This document shows, piece after piece, positions 47,880 to 57,925 of a stretch of 64,000 bases of DNA; within the stretch, counting starts at the first letter, position 1, and the number at the start of each line of letters is the position of its first letter. The notes below the pieces were generated by a model, which did not search any database, was not told where the DNA came from, and was given only the letters and a program-made list of their open reading frames with translations. The stretch comes from a virus: IMG/VR virus record IMGVR_UViG_3300008117_000001. The stretch is one strand, 5' to 3'. Made by a program: the position numbers and the translations under genes.

Positions 47880-50624
47880 ATGGCTACGCACGAATACGTT
47901 AAATATATACAGTACACACTGGGTGCTGCAGGTTTCTATACAAAAGCAGTAGATGGAGATTATGGTTCATCAACCGCTTCCGCAGTAAGATCTTTTCAGA
48001 TTGCAAATAATCAAAGATACATTGACGGAAAAGTTGACAGTGAAACTAAATGGTATTTGGCCAAATATTGGCTTAATTTAATTGCAACAGATAATCAGTT
48101 ATTTGAATCCTGGAAAACGTTTGCCTCAGAGGATATTAGAAAATATATACAAAAGGTTGAAGAGATGGGTTTGGCGCCAGATATTGGTTCTGGTAAAACC
48201 TATAGAAAAACAACATTCACCGGAGTTGCTGGGCCAAGTCTGGCTTCTGATGTAATATTTTTTGAAATACCTCAATCAGTTCTAAGTGTTGAAAAAATAA
48301 TCATAGTTCCAGATCAAGACATTAGATGGAGAAATTATAAGGCCATTTCTTTTGGTTGGCATTCATCTTTTTCTACAAATATATTTGAATATCCAAACAT
48401 TGAGGCGCTGGATCTATCTGCGGTATCAACCAATATAGAAATTCCAATGAACGGAAGATCTGCAGAAAGCGTAAGATATGTATGGGTAAATCTTGTTGGT
48501 GGCGGAATATACGGCCTAGGTCAGGGTGAGGGGTTTGGCATTTCTGAAATCAATGTTGCAGCATTGGTAAAAGATCCAGATATAACACAGGTAGTAGATT
48601 ATGAGGACCCAATTAGAATTAACGTAAAAGCTAATTTTATTACTTCCTTAAACGATGTCACTCCATCTTCTCCGGCCTTGATTAATATTTCCAATGTAGA
48701 AAGAGTTTCGGCTCAGCAAACTCAATATGTTTCATCTCTTAGTTATTCTCCAGATGGAGTGAATCAAAGAGAATTAACTTTTACCAGTGAATCTGGTGTT
48801 AATCTTAATAGTGTTGACTACTTGTTGACTGGTGAGTATGAAATAAAGATTCCTAATTTTAGAAATAATGTGGTAGCTGGAACTTTTTCTTTGCAAAATT
48901 TAACTCTATCGGATACAACAAGTCTAGGTCAAACAGTTTCTGGTTCACCAATATCGATAAGGCAAACGCAAGAAAATAATGTTATACTAGAAACATCTAG
49001 CACATTTTATGGAGATGCACTTACCAGAACCACTGAGATAGACCTTTCTTCTGGTTATAGATTAAAGAATCGCCTGGGACAAATATTTCCTGAAGGAAAA
49101 AATTCAATTAATTATGGTGATGGAATATTGCTTCTATGCGATTCTAATGGCAAGCCAATAGGGCTGCCAACACTAGCGCAAATATCAGCATCAGTGTCAA
49201 ATCCTCAAACATTTTCTCAAGAAGAAAGGGATATAGCTTACGGTTATTTCTCGTTAGTTAATGAACTTCCTTCTGACGGTTTTAGATATGGTTTCTATGA
49301 TTTAAGTACCCAAGAGCTATTAGGGCATTCTTTAAGTTATGTCGACTTTTATACGAGGTCATCTTTTACTAATTTTGAAAATATATACATAGCCATTTGC
49401 GCCTTAGACTCAGATGGAGCGAATGGTGATAACGAGTTTGTTGGACAAAATAATTCAACAACATTTATTCCAACAAGAATACCATTGAAGTATTTAACTC
49501 CAATCTATTCCGTTAAGCACGGTGGTGGATCCGCTGTTCAAATAAATAACATTAGCGCCAATTTGTCAAAATTCGATGCATGGGAACTCCCAATCTCTAA
49601 TGGTTCTTTTAATAAGAAAATTAAAATAAAATCTTCAGTTCAATATACAGATTGGAAATCCATATATTCCGGACAAGAAATGTTGGCAGAATATTCTACA
49701 ATGGATTTATCTGATGTCTCTTGGTCTAAGATATATGGTTATGGTTACTATGATGTCGTTAACGAAAATCCTTTAATCATAGACAGTAAATCTATTAAAT
49801 TAAGAAGAACGCCAATTTTAAGTTGGAATCATAAAACAGATTACCGTCAGTCAATAGGTGGAATTGTCCGTCAAGAAGTTAACATTTATACTAGATCAAC
49901 GATTGATTCTCCTTGGGTGAAGGTCGATGACTCGTTGATATCAGATGTAGATTGTGAAAATGGATTAATCAAATTCAAAAAACGAATTATACCCAGCGAA
50001 ACAACACTGGTAAAAGTTGATTATTCTACAATAAACAAAAATTCTCTAGTTAGACACATTAATGGTACGCCTATACCGTTAAACCCATTTTTAAACTCTG
50101 ATAGCATACAATTTGATGAGCCAATGTATGTTTACTTGACGCCTAAAAATATCTATAAAAAGAATTCACCTAATCAGTCTGATGTAAATGTATTTAGTTA
50201 TGAAAAAGTAACAGAATTTCAATACAGCAATCCGGTTAATTTTACCTATAGTTCAACAATATTTGATGAAACATCAATAGACTACGATCCGTTTGCCCTG
50301 TGTGTAGCTATTATATATGTTACAAATAATCCAAATAAAGTTAAACCTAAATTATTTGACTTAAGATTAAGAGGAGGCGGAATTAAGGCTGACATTGAAA
50401 ACTCAGATATAATTAACGAAGTTCCTGAAATTCTATCCCATTGGGATACCTATCCCGCAAGCGGAACATCCTATATGAACGGTGGATATGTTATAATTAG
50501 AGTGCCTGAAAATGTTAAACAAAACTTTACTTCGCCACAAGAAATATATAATATTATTAGAAATAACTTAACAGCCGGAATTGTTTTCGATTTGCAAAAC
50601 ATGGAAGGGGAAGATTGGTCTTAA
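47880..50624 (+). CDS. Baseplate structural protein with N-terminal peptidoglycan-binding domain (PG_binding_1-like)
   Basis: VKYIQYTLGAAGFYTKAVDGDYGSSTASAVRSFQIANNQRYIDGKVDSET matches the PG_binding_1 consensus (V..lQ..L...G....DG.fG..T..AV..FQ......DG.v...T). Confidence 0.7.
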   Translation: MATHEYVKYIQYTLGAAGFYTKAVDGDYGSSTASAVRSFQIANNQRYIDGKVDSETKWYLAKYWLNLIATDNQLFESWKTFASEDIRKYIQKVEEMGLAPDIGSGKTYRKTTFTGVAGPSLASDVIFFEIPQSVLSVEKIIIVPDQDIRWRNYKAISFGWHSSFSTNIFEYPNIEALDLSAVSTNIEIPMNGRSAESVRYVWVNLVGGGIYGLGQGEGFGISEINVAALVKDPDITQVVDYEDPIRINVKANFITSLNDVTPSSPALINISNVERVSAQQTQYVSSLSYSPDGVNQRELTFTSESGVNLNSVDYLLTGEYEIKIPNFRNNVVAGTFSLQNLTLSDTTSLGQTVSGSPISIRQTQENNVILETSSTFYGDALTRTTEIDLSSGYRLKNRLGQIFPEGKNSINYGDGILLLCDSNGKPIGLPTLAQISASVSNPQTFSQEERDIAYGYFSLVNELPSDGFRYGFYDLSTQELLGHSLSYVDFYTRSSFTNFENIYIAICALDSDGANGDNEFVGQNNSTTFIPTRIPLKYLTPIYSVKHGGGSAVQINNISANLSKFDAWELPISNGSFNKKIKIKSSVQYTDWKSIYSGQEMLAEYSTMDLSDVSWSKIYGYGYYDVVNENPLIIDSKSIKLRRTPILSWNHKTDYRQSIGGIVRQEVNIYTRSTIDSPWVKVDDSLISDVDCENGLIKFKKRIIPSETTLVKVDYSTINKNSLVRHINGTPIPLNPFLNSDSIQFDEPMYVYLTPKNIYKKNSPNQSDVNVFSYEKVTEFQYSNPVNFTYSSTIFDETSIDYDPFALCVAIIYVTNNPNKVKPKLFDLRLRGGGIKADIENSDIINEVPEILSHWDTYPASGTSYMNGGYVIIRVPENVKQNFTSPQEIYNIIRNNLTAGIVFDLQNMEGEDWS

Positions 50625-53219
50625 ATGATACACGCATTACCAGAAACAATTAGCTTATACTCTTCCGCTTCCAGGGCTACAGTCTCCTCTCTAATCAGAG
50701 ATATGAGGCTTGAAAAAACTGACTTAAATTTCCTGGTAACTAAAATGTCAAACATGACTGTTGACCTCAATTACTCAGGCGCTAAGGTGCCAGCTTTTGC
50801 TCTCTTAACGAAAGAAGCAATGGTTGACGCATTCAGGAATGCCTACCTAAGAATGCAGAACCTTTTTAATGCAGCTAATGCTACGGGCATCGCTCTGAAT
50901 TCTATTGTTGGAGTATTTAGTTCTGAAATAGAAAAAGTTGAAGAAGATTTAGATAAACTTCAAGTATTTATAGATAATTATGAATTTATTTCTGGTAAAG
51001 ACGATCTATTTAACGCTAACTACATAGAAAAATTTGACAGTTTCTTTAACGACTATAGGGCAGATGGCACACAATTTCCTATTCCAGATAGAGATGGTGT
51101 TTCTTTTGGCGAGACAAACAACGCGTACATAGATCCAGTTAGTGGAACTTTAAAAATTGGTAAAGGTCAAGACGTAAAAAATATTATTAGAAATATAAAA
51201 TCAATAAATATTACAAACAACTACAATAACTACGTGACAACTGATTCAAGTTTTGAGAATTTATTCAATGATAACTTTTTTGATTCATGGTCAGTAACCG
51301 TTAAGGCTCCAGCAATATTATCAGCTCAGCTAAAAGATTATATCAAATACTTCAACTATGATTATTCAAATGTTTCTGGGGCAATATCCGCAGTTGAGAT
51401 AAATCTACAAAGGCCTATTAATATTGATACGATTAGATTCCAGCCAAATCAGTCAACTAACTTTAGACTTCTTCAAGCAGTTGTCTATCATAACTCTCCC
51501 GTTGATGCAAACAATATTGCGCCATCTGAAAATTACACTGTCCTCTTAAATGGTCCGGCTTTATTGAACAGAGTTTTTGATTTAAGATTCAATAAAAAAT
51601 CTATTAAAAAAATTATATTTATATTTAATCAGCAAGATTATGTAAAAAATAGTAGATCACCAATTAATTCAGAATTAAATTCTAAGGCTTTAGATTCTTT
51701 TGTTAAAGCTGTTATTAATGATCGAAAAGCTCGCTTTAGTAAGTTCCAAGATATTATTTATTGGTTCTTTAAAAGAAAAAGTACGGTTAAAGGTATCTCT
51801 AAAAATAAGAAAACAGATATCGACTACTATGCGTACAGATTCCCGCAAGAATTTGATAGCTATATCTATAATTTAGATGAACAAATAAAAGAATTTAATA
51901 ATCTAACTATAGAAGATAAAAATGTTTTTACAAACACTCCTATTTTTGTAAATGCAATCAATACAATGTTAAATACTTTTTCTGGTAAGTATAAAATATT
52001 TGATTCAGATAAATACATTGAAGGAATAACAGCAGGATCGTCACTATTCTCTTCCGGCTTCATGCTCGGTTCCAGCAGTAACGCTAGATCAACTGGGTAT
52101 CAGCAATATGACACCGGTGCTTTGGCGCCACCATTAACCTCTATAGACTCTCAGCTTTCTGTGCTAGAATCAAACCTTGGTTATGAATATAGTTTCTCCC
52201 TTAAATCTATAGAATTTATTGAAACACTCAACCAAAACACTGATAAAGCTGTTTTTGTCAGTAGAAAAATTCCTGTTAACGGACAGGTTGTCGCAGCAAA
52301 AGCTAAGCCATATTTCCTTAACAACAATGCCGGCGTCTCAAATGTTGATAGAAACATATTGGCTCCAGCATCATATGAACTATCTTTATCAAATAAACCT
52401 ATCCCTTCAAGTGAATCTGATTGGATACCTATCTCTAGCCATGGCAATACTTTTGTTCAATCAGAAATATTATTTACTAACGATATAACAAGAAAAGCTC
52501 AGTTGAGATTTAAGGCCAAGAATGATTCCATAGCGCTTTATAAGGATGGTGTCTTAATTCCAAGAGTTTCCACAAACTACATTTACAGCACTGCCGATAA
52601 TACTATATCTATTTCGCAGGATGTATTTAATATAAATAGTAGATTTATAGTTTCTTACGATTTAGATTTTTCTGGTTCTGCCCCTGATGAAGTTGACTTT
52701 ATAAAAAGAAATGTTATCCTTCAATCTTTAACAAATTATTCTTCGGAAAATAGTTCTGGAGAAATGTTTGGATCAACAGATATAAATTCTTCAGTAAAGT
52801 TAAGCTACTCACCATATGTGGATAGAGATAGTTATTCTAGAATTATTTACAATAAATCAACTGGAACTACTTTTGTTAGCAATAACGCAGGCTATTCTCC
52901 TGTGACAGTTATTCTTTCTGATGGAACTGTGGCTATTAATTTGACAAATTATTCTTTGTCTTCAGAAAAAGTATCTTTCTACTCTACGGAAGAAACTCTC
53001 TTTATACAGAGTGGCAGAAATCTTGTATTCAATAGGCCAATTAATCAGCCGTTCACAGTTTACTATCAATATATACCAAATAATTTGCGGTTTAGACTGG
53101 TTATAAGAAAGAATATTATTGATTCTTCTGACCCAATATCTGTAGATAGTGTAATTATAAAAATGAAAACTATCAATAATGATCCATATTATGAAAAACT
53201 AAATTCTTTAACATTATAA
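50625..53219 (+). CDS. Peripheral baseplate protein, paralog A (864 aa)
   Basis: N-terminal coiled coil, YIEKFDSF...AYIDPVSGTLKI, ENLFNDNFFDSWSV, C-terminal NLRFRLVIRK...PISVDSVIIKM; blocks shared with the following genes. Confidence 0.55.
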   Translation: MIHALPETISLYSSASRATVSSLIRDMRLEKTDLNFLVTKMSNMTVDLNYSGAKVPAFALLTKEAMVDAFRNAYLRMQNLFNAANATGIALNSIVGVFSSEIEKVEEDLDKLQVFIDNYEFISGKDDLFNANYIEKFDSFFNDYRADGTQFPIPDRDGVSFGETNNAYIDPVSGTLKIGKGQDVKNIIRNIKSINITNNYNNYVTTDSSFENLFNDNFFDSWSVTVKAPAILSAQLKDYIKYFNYDYSNVSGAISAVEINLQRPINIDTIRFQPNQSTNFRLLQAVVYHNSPVDANNIAPSENYTVLLNGPALLNRVFDLRFNKKSIKKIIFIFNQQDYVKNSRSPINSELNSKALDSFVKAVINDRKARFSKFQDIIYWFFKRKSTVKGISKNKKTDIDYYAYRFPQEFDSYIYNLDEQIKEFNNLTIEDKNVFTNTPIFVNAINTMLNTFSGKYKIFDSDKYIEGITAGSSLFSSGFMLGSSSNARSTGYQQYDTGALAPPLTSIDSQLSVLESNLGYEYSFSLKSIEFIETLNQNTDKAVFVSRKIPVNGQVVAAKAKPYFLNNNAGVSNVDRNILAPASYELSLSNKPIPSSESDWIPISSHGNTFVQSEILFTNDITRKAQLRFKAKNDSIALYKDGVLIPRVSTNYIYSTADNTISISQDVFNINSRFIVSYDLDFSGSAPDEVDFIKRNVILQSLTNYSSENSSGEMFGSTDINSSVKLSYSPYVDRDSYSRIIYNKSTGTTFVSNNAGYSPVTVILSDGTVAINLTNYSLSSEKVSFYSTEETLFIQSGRNLVFNRPINQPFTVYYQYIPNNLRFRLVIRKNIIDSSDPISVDSVIIKMKTINNDPYYEKLNSLTL

Positions 53220-53229
53220 AGAGAATATT

Positions 53230-55386
53230 ATGACACAATTATCAGCAAGCACAATGCCATACCAGCAAATGGTTCACAAAGTGGGCCAATTGATTACCGC
53301 AATAAATTCTGCTTCTCTTATTACAAAAGATGAAATAGCAGAACAGTATATAAATATATTAAATGAAATTAAGAATCAAATAGGTGCACCTTTAGCTTCC
53401 TATTCTCCCTTTATTAAAGGTGAGCCTCCCAGGTCTGAAAAGTTTAACAAATTCTTTGCAGAGTACGCCCAAGATGTCTCTGTATTATCGAAGCAAATTG
53501 ACTACCTTAATGCCAAAACAATAAGTGTATTTAATTTATTTTCCAAAGAAATCGAAGGAGAAAAAAGATACTCAGAAAGAATAGCATCAAAGTGCAAGAT
53601 TTTGCAAATGTATTCTCGTAGCCCATCTGATGATTTAATATATATCGGTGATTCATTTGAAAATGATGACCTTATCGACTACACAAAAATAGCAAAAGGA
53701 TCCAATCCATTAATCAGAGGAGGGATTGCATCATTCGCAATAGAATCCTCTAAAAGATGGGTGCCCGATGCAATAGAGGTGGTATCGGGAAATGGGTTCA
53801 TAGGAAATAGCCACCAAGTGGTTAAGGCTAATAATGATGAAAATACTTCAGAATATAAATACGTTTTTGAAAACAATAAAACATTAAATAACTTAAGAAG
53901 CATAGTCGACAATAACCCTCTTTCCTATTTTGAGTACGAAAATATTAATGTTGATAAATCAACAGCAAGACCACCATTAACGACCATTGCACAAGAGAAC
54001 GAATTTAAGTTCCTAAAAACAGAAATGAATAGCTCAAATGCGAACGAGTCAAATACGATAGATTGGTCATCTCATCCGGAATCAGAACCGTTAACTCTTA
54101 AGTTAAAGTTAACATCAAATTCTGGCAGGATTGCAAATAGTATTGACATAACTCCATTTTTTGGGTCATCTAAGTACGTAGAAGTTACAGAAGTTTTAGT
54201 TTTTGCTAAAGATGGATCATCTGAAAATGTTTTAAAGAATACCATTTTTATAGGTTCATCTTTAGTTCCGTTGAATATTGAGTTAGCGCAAAATTATTTT
54301 TACAATAAAGCGACAGTACGTTTTCCCGAAAGACAAGTTTCTAAAATAGAGATATCCTTTAGGCAACCCACATATTCTAATATTGATATTAAGCATGTTT
54401 ATTGGAAGCCAAGTTCTACAAATGTGAATAATCCATTTGTTAATCTATCTAGATTTAACCCAGACGCTCTAAGTAGGGATATATATGAGTCAATTAAGTA
54501 TAATAAATATCAATTAATTCCAACTTTATCCAATCCAACCAAATATAAAACTACTACGCAAAATGTCGCTGACATTAATGTTGCCCTAAAAAAGAAGCCA
54601 ACTTCTCTGAATGCTTATTTTATAGCAGCTTCTTTTGTAAATGAATCAGCAACTCCTGTTAATTCAACTGTTTATTTCAATAGATGGAAAGTTGTTGGTG
54701 AAGAGGCTGAATTTATTTCTGAAATAATAAAAGACGAAGACAGCTATATTACCAAGAACTACGATGCACCATCAGCTGCTCAAGAAGATTTAAACGATTT
54801 ACTTGACTTATACTTTGGCGCTACCCCATATGTGGATGAAGAACTTGGCACTCTGCAGGATATATCAATTGTGCAGCAGTCATTTGTTCCTATTCAAAAA
54901 GAAATTTCTTATAGAGTTATAGTTGAGCAAGAAGAGGAATTCTACAAGGCAAAGAGATGGGCCATAGGAATTAGGGATATTGACGTTTATCGGGAAACAT
55001 ACATAGATGAAATGCAGGTCATATCTTTCCCGTTTAAATTTGATTACCCGGTTGAATCAGTGATGCTGGATGTCCAGGCGTCTATAGATGAAGTGCATTC
55101 TGGAAGAACTAATATTCAAACATACATATCAGCAGATCAAGGTTCTAATTGGATAGAGGTTTCTCCGGTTCAACTAGATTTTACCGGCACCCCTGAAATA
55201 GTATTTTTTAACCAATCAATACTTGATGAGTACAGATTGTCTGGAGCGTCATACTTATCTTTCCCCATAATTCCAAAAGAAGTTAAAGATATCACTGTTA
55301 AAATAGTTGCACAGAAAAAGGGTGCGTATAACTTTACGCCAAATATATATTCATATCAATTAATAGCTAAGGTAAAACGGTCATGA
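53230..55386 (+). CDS. Peripheral baseplate protein, paralog B (718 aa)
   Basis: GEPPRSEKFNKFFAEYAQDVSVL, YIGDSFENDDLID, SIVDNNPLSYFEY, C-terminal ITVKIVAQK...FTPNIYSYQLIA. Confidence 0.55.
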   Translation: MTQLSASTMPYQQMVHKVGQLITAINSASLITKDEIAEQYINILNEIKNQIGAPLASYSPFIKGEPPRSEKFNKFFAEYAQDVSVLSKQIDYLNAKTISVFNLFSKEIEGEKRYSERIASKCKILQMYSRSPSDDLIYIGDSFENDDLIDYTKIAKGSNPLIRGGIASFAIESSKRWVPDAIEVVSGNGFIGNSHQVVKANNDENTSEYKYVFENNKTLNNLRSIVDNNPLSYFEYENINVDKSTARPPLTTIAQENEFKFLKTEMNSSNANESNTIDWSSHPESEPLTLKLKLTSNSGRIANSIDITPFFGSSKYVEVTEVLVFAKDGSSENVLKNTIFIGSSLVPLNIELAQNYFYNKATVRFPERQVSKIEISFRQPTYSNIDIKHVYWKPSSTNVNNPFVNLSRFNPDALSRDIYESIKYNKYQLIPTLSNPTKYKTTTQNVADINVALKKKPTSLNAYFIAASFVNESATPVNSTVYFNRWKVVGEEAEFISEIIKDEDSYITKNYDAPSAAQEDLNDLLDLYFGATPYVDEELGTLQDISIVQQSFVPIQKEISYRVIVEQEEEFYKAKRWAIGIRDIDVYRETYIDEMQVISFPFKFDYPVESVMLDVQASIDEVHSGRTNIQTYISADQGSNWIEVSPVQLDFTGTPEIVFFNQSILDEYRLSGASYLSFPIIPKEVKDITVKIVAQKKGAYNFTPNIYSYQLIAKVKRS

Positions 55387-57527
55387 ACATAGCGAGTGTA
55401 CAAAAGTTAAAGTTTCTTAATAATGTAAATAAATTATTGTATTCCTCTGGAACTAGACCTAGTGAAATAGAAATTAGAAAATTATTTAATGATTATTTTT
55501 CTATCTATAAGTTAGGTTATCCAATACCTATGGATTATGACATTTTTACTAGAAAGAATGTTTTTGATCATGAAGATTTAAATGAGTTAATGATTAAAGC
55601 TCTATTTAATTTAGAAGTAGCTTATGACTGCACAACTGAAAATAATTACCAGATGATGTCGACAATAACTGCTCTTAATAAGAGATTAGAAAATCTTAAA
55701 TCTAAACGGAGAGAGCTTGAGGCAAAAGTCGATGAGTTGATTTTTGCTATAAATAATTCTGATGGATTTTTCTATTCTTACTTAGAAAATTTTACATCAA
55801 CTAAGGATATTGACCTAACTTTAACTGACGCCTTTGTTGATGTCAAGGCTGGTAATGTAACAATACCCATAATTAATTCTGGTGTATTTGACATGATAAC
55901 ATCATCATTAATTAGCCCGTCTAGTGTAACACTTTCTGTTGATCTAAATGGAACACAGGTCGTTAGCCCATCTGTAATTTCTGATTTGGAAAATGTTACA
56001 GATGGATTAACTGATACATACTGGTCTTATAGATATGAGTCATCACAACTTGGAGTGGTCAGCGCGATTATAACAATCCCTGTCAATTCTAATTATGTAA
56101 TATCTAAAATTGAAGGAACTTTGCTAGCTTCTTCTGGTGTAGGAATCGGAGTCTTGGCAAAGCCTCTAAACCCAGAAATGCCAGAACAAAATATAATCAA
56201 GGATTCTAGATCTGATTATGACAGATTCTCATTTAACTTAAATCCATTAAACTATTCGAGTATTACATTAATATTATTTAAAACATTCCCTGATGAAATT
56301 TTAAATAATTCTGATAAACCATATATTTATGAGTTTGGCTTAAGAGATATATATATCGGCTCAAAATATCACGATAGAAGAGCTACAATAGTTTCTTCTC
56401 CAATATCAATACCTGAAGTTGACAATGGTCTACTTTCTATAGAATCAGTTAGTCTCAGCGTTCAGCATCAGATTGGCCCAGGTTATGATATTGACTACTT
56501 TATTGCTGCAGATGTTCCTGGGTCAACTGGAGTCGATGGATTTAATTGGATAGCAATTAATCCAGAAAATTCTTTATCAACCTCAAATCCAACCATCGTA
56601 AATCTACAAACAACAAATAGAAATACTAAGCTAATTTATGATGGCGCTGGAGTGGCAGGTGGCTATGAGTTGATAGATTTGAATTCTACTTCGAATAATG
56701 TGAACGAGCTAAATCCAAGTACCAATATATATTCAGGTAAAACTGTTTATAGAATTTGCAACGTTGGAACAGATGAGATAAAGCAACCATTTATTTTAAA
56801 TGGAATTAATTCAATAAGAAACTATGCTCTATTGAGATCTTCAAATTCCAATATAACGGAGCAGTATTACAAATCCTTAAATATATGGACTCAAAAAATA
56901 TCACAGTCTTCATCAGACATTACTCAAACTAGTCCTATTGAAAACCAACTTAATTCAATAAGTCCTGGATTTAATGGAATATGTTCTGGATTGCTAGAAG
57001 CAAGTGTTTCTACAGTGAGAGAAAATACAGTTATACATACGGTTACCAAGAGTAGGGAAGATTTTACTTTGGCGATATATCTAAATGATGTACTGATTGC
57101 AGACTTGCCAGCTGGAGTTTTATCTAAAGACATTGAGTGGAATTTTAAAACAGGAATAAATTACATTAAAATAACCTATGATAAAAACTTTGAGGGTCTT
57201 ATCACGTTCAATATTATGTCTGGAAGAAGACTATCCGATTATGGAACCGTCTTCCTGGATTACTATTCTTACTTGGACCCTTATGAGTTCAGACAAAGAG
57301 TATCGCAGAGTAATTACGTTTTCACTGTAGATAGTGCATTTGGTGCGCAAGAAGTTTTATGTTCAAGACATTTGTCTGGCAGATCTCAAATAGTTTATTA
57401 TGGAGAAAACTCAACTGCAGTTAGGGCAGTTAGATATAGGGCTGATTTATATAGGGATAAGAATCCTTTAATTTCTCCAATAATAGATAATGTAAGAATT
57501 AAATTTAGACACAACGAAGAAGGATAA
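55383..57527 (+). CDS. Peripheral baseplate protein, paralog C (714 aa)
   Basis: Coiled coil, YSYLENFTSTKDID...AFVDVKAGNVTIP, ENVTDGLTDTYWSY, C-terminal VRYRADLYRD...ISPIIDNVRIKF. Confidence 0.55.
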   Translation: MNIASVQKLKFLNNVNKLLYSSGTRPSEIEIRKLFNDYFSIYKLGYPIPMDYDIFTRKNVFDHEDLNELMIKALFNLEVAYDCTTENNYQMMSTITALNKRLENLKSKRRELEAKVDELIFAINNSDGFFYSYLENFTSTKDIDLTLTDAFVDVKAGNVTIPIINSGVFDMITSSLISPSSVTLSVDLNGTQVVSPSVISDLENVTDGLTDTYWSYRYESSQLGVVSAIITIPVNSNYVISKIEGTLLASSGVGIGVLAKPLNPEMPEQNIIKDSRSDYDRFSFNLNPLNYSSITLILFKTFPDEILNNSDKPYIYEFGLRDIYIGSKYHDRRATIVSSPISIPEVDNGLLSIESVSLSVQHQIGPGYDIDYFIAADVPGSTGVDGFNWIAINPENSLSTSNPTIVNLQTTNRNTKLIYDGAGVAGGYELIDLNSTSNNVNELNPSTNIYSGKTVYRICNVGTDEIKQPFILNGINSIRNYALLRSSNSNITEQYYKSLNIWTQKISQSSSDITQTSPIENQLNSISPGFNGICSGLLEASVSTVRENTVIHTVTKSREDFTLAIYLNDVLIADLPAGVLSKDIEWNFKTGINYIKITYDKNFEGLITFNIMSGRRLSDYGTVFLDYYSYLDPYEFRQRVSQSNYVFTVDSAFGAQEVLCSRHLSGRSQIVYYGENSTAVRAVRYRADLYRDKNPLISPIIDNVRIKFRHNEEG

Positions 57528-57528
57528 A

Positions 57529-57924
57529 ATGGCTATCAGCTATAGAAATTCTAATAAAATAAATAGGATAATTGAACCACTTTATCAAATAGATAGAGTA
57601 AAGCTCAAGTCTCCCAGAAGTAGTTTAATGGAAAATTTAGAAAGCAATTTGTTAAAGATAGATTTTTCTAGAATACTAAAACATTTGGATGAAATAGATG
57701 ATTCAATCCTAGATAAGATAACATATTTTGTTGGAGATATAACAGACTATACAGAGCAGGCTAGGTTAGACGATGGTATAGCTTACGACTTTCCTGGCAT
57801 ACAGACATATATTGATGAAGCAAGTCCAGCATTAGAAGAACTGACAATAGATACCACTAATAAATTGAGTGGTAAATTGTCTAGATTAATTAATAAAGTT
57901 TCTAGATTAGAAAACGGTGAATGA
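57529..57924 (+). CDS. Short helical baseplate-associated protein, paralog D (131 aa)
   Basis: KSPRSSLMENLESNLLKIDFSRIL shares the P-x-x-S-x-x-x-N...D motif of paralogs B and E; AAGGA RBS. Confidence 0.5.
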   Translation: MAISYRNSNKINRIIEPLYQIDRVKLKSPRSSLMENLESNLLKIDFSRILKHLDEIDDSILDKITYFVGDITDYTEQARLDDGIAYDFPGIQTYIDEASPALEELTIDTTNKLSGKLSRLINKVSRLENGE

Positions 57925-57925
57925 T

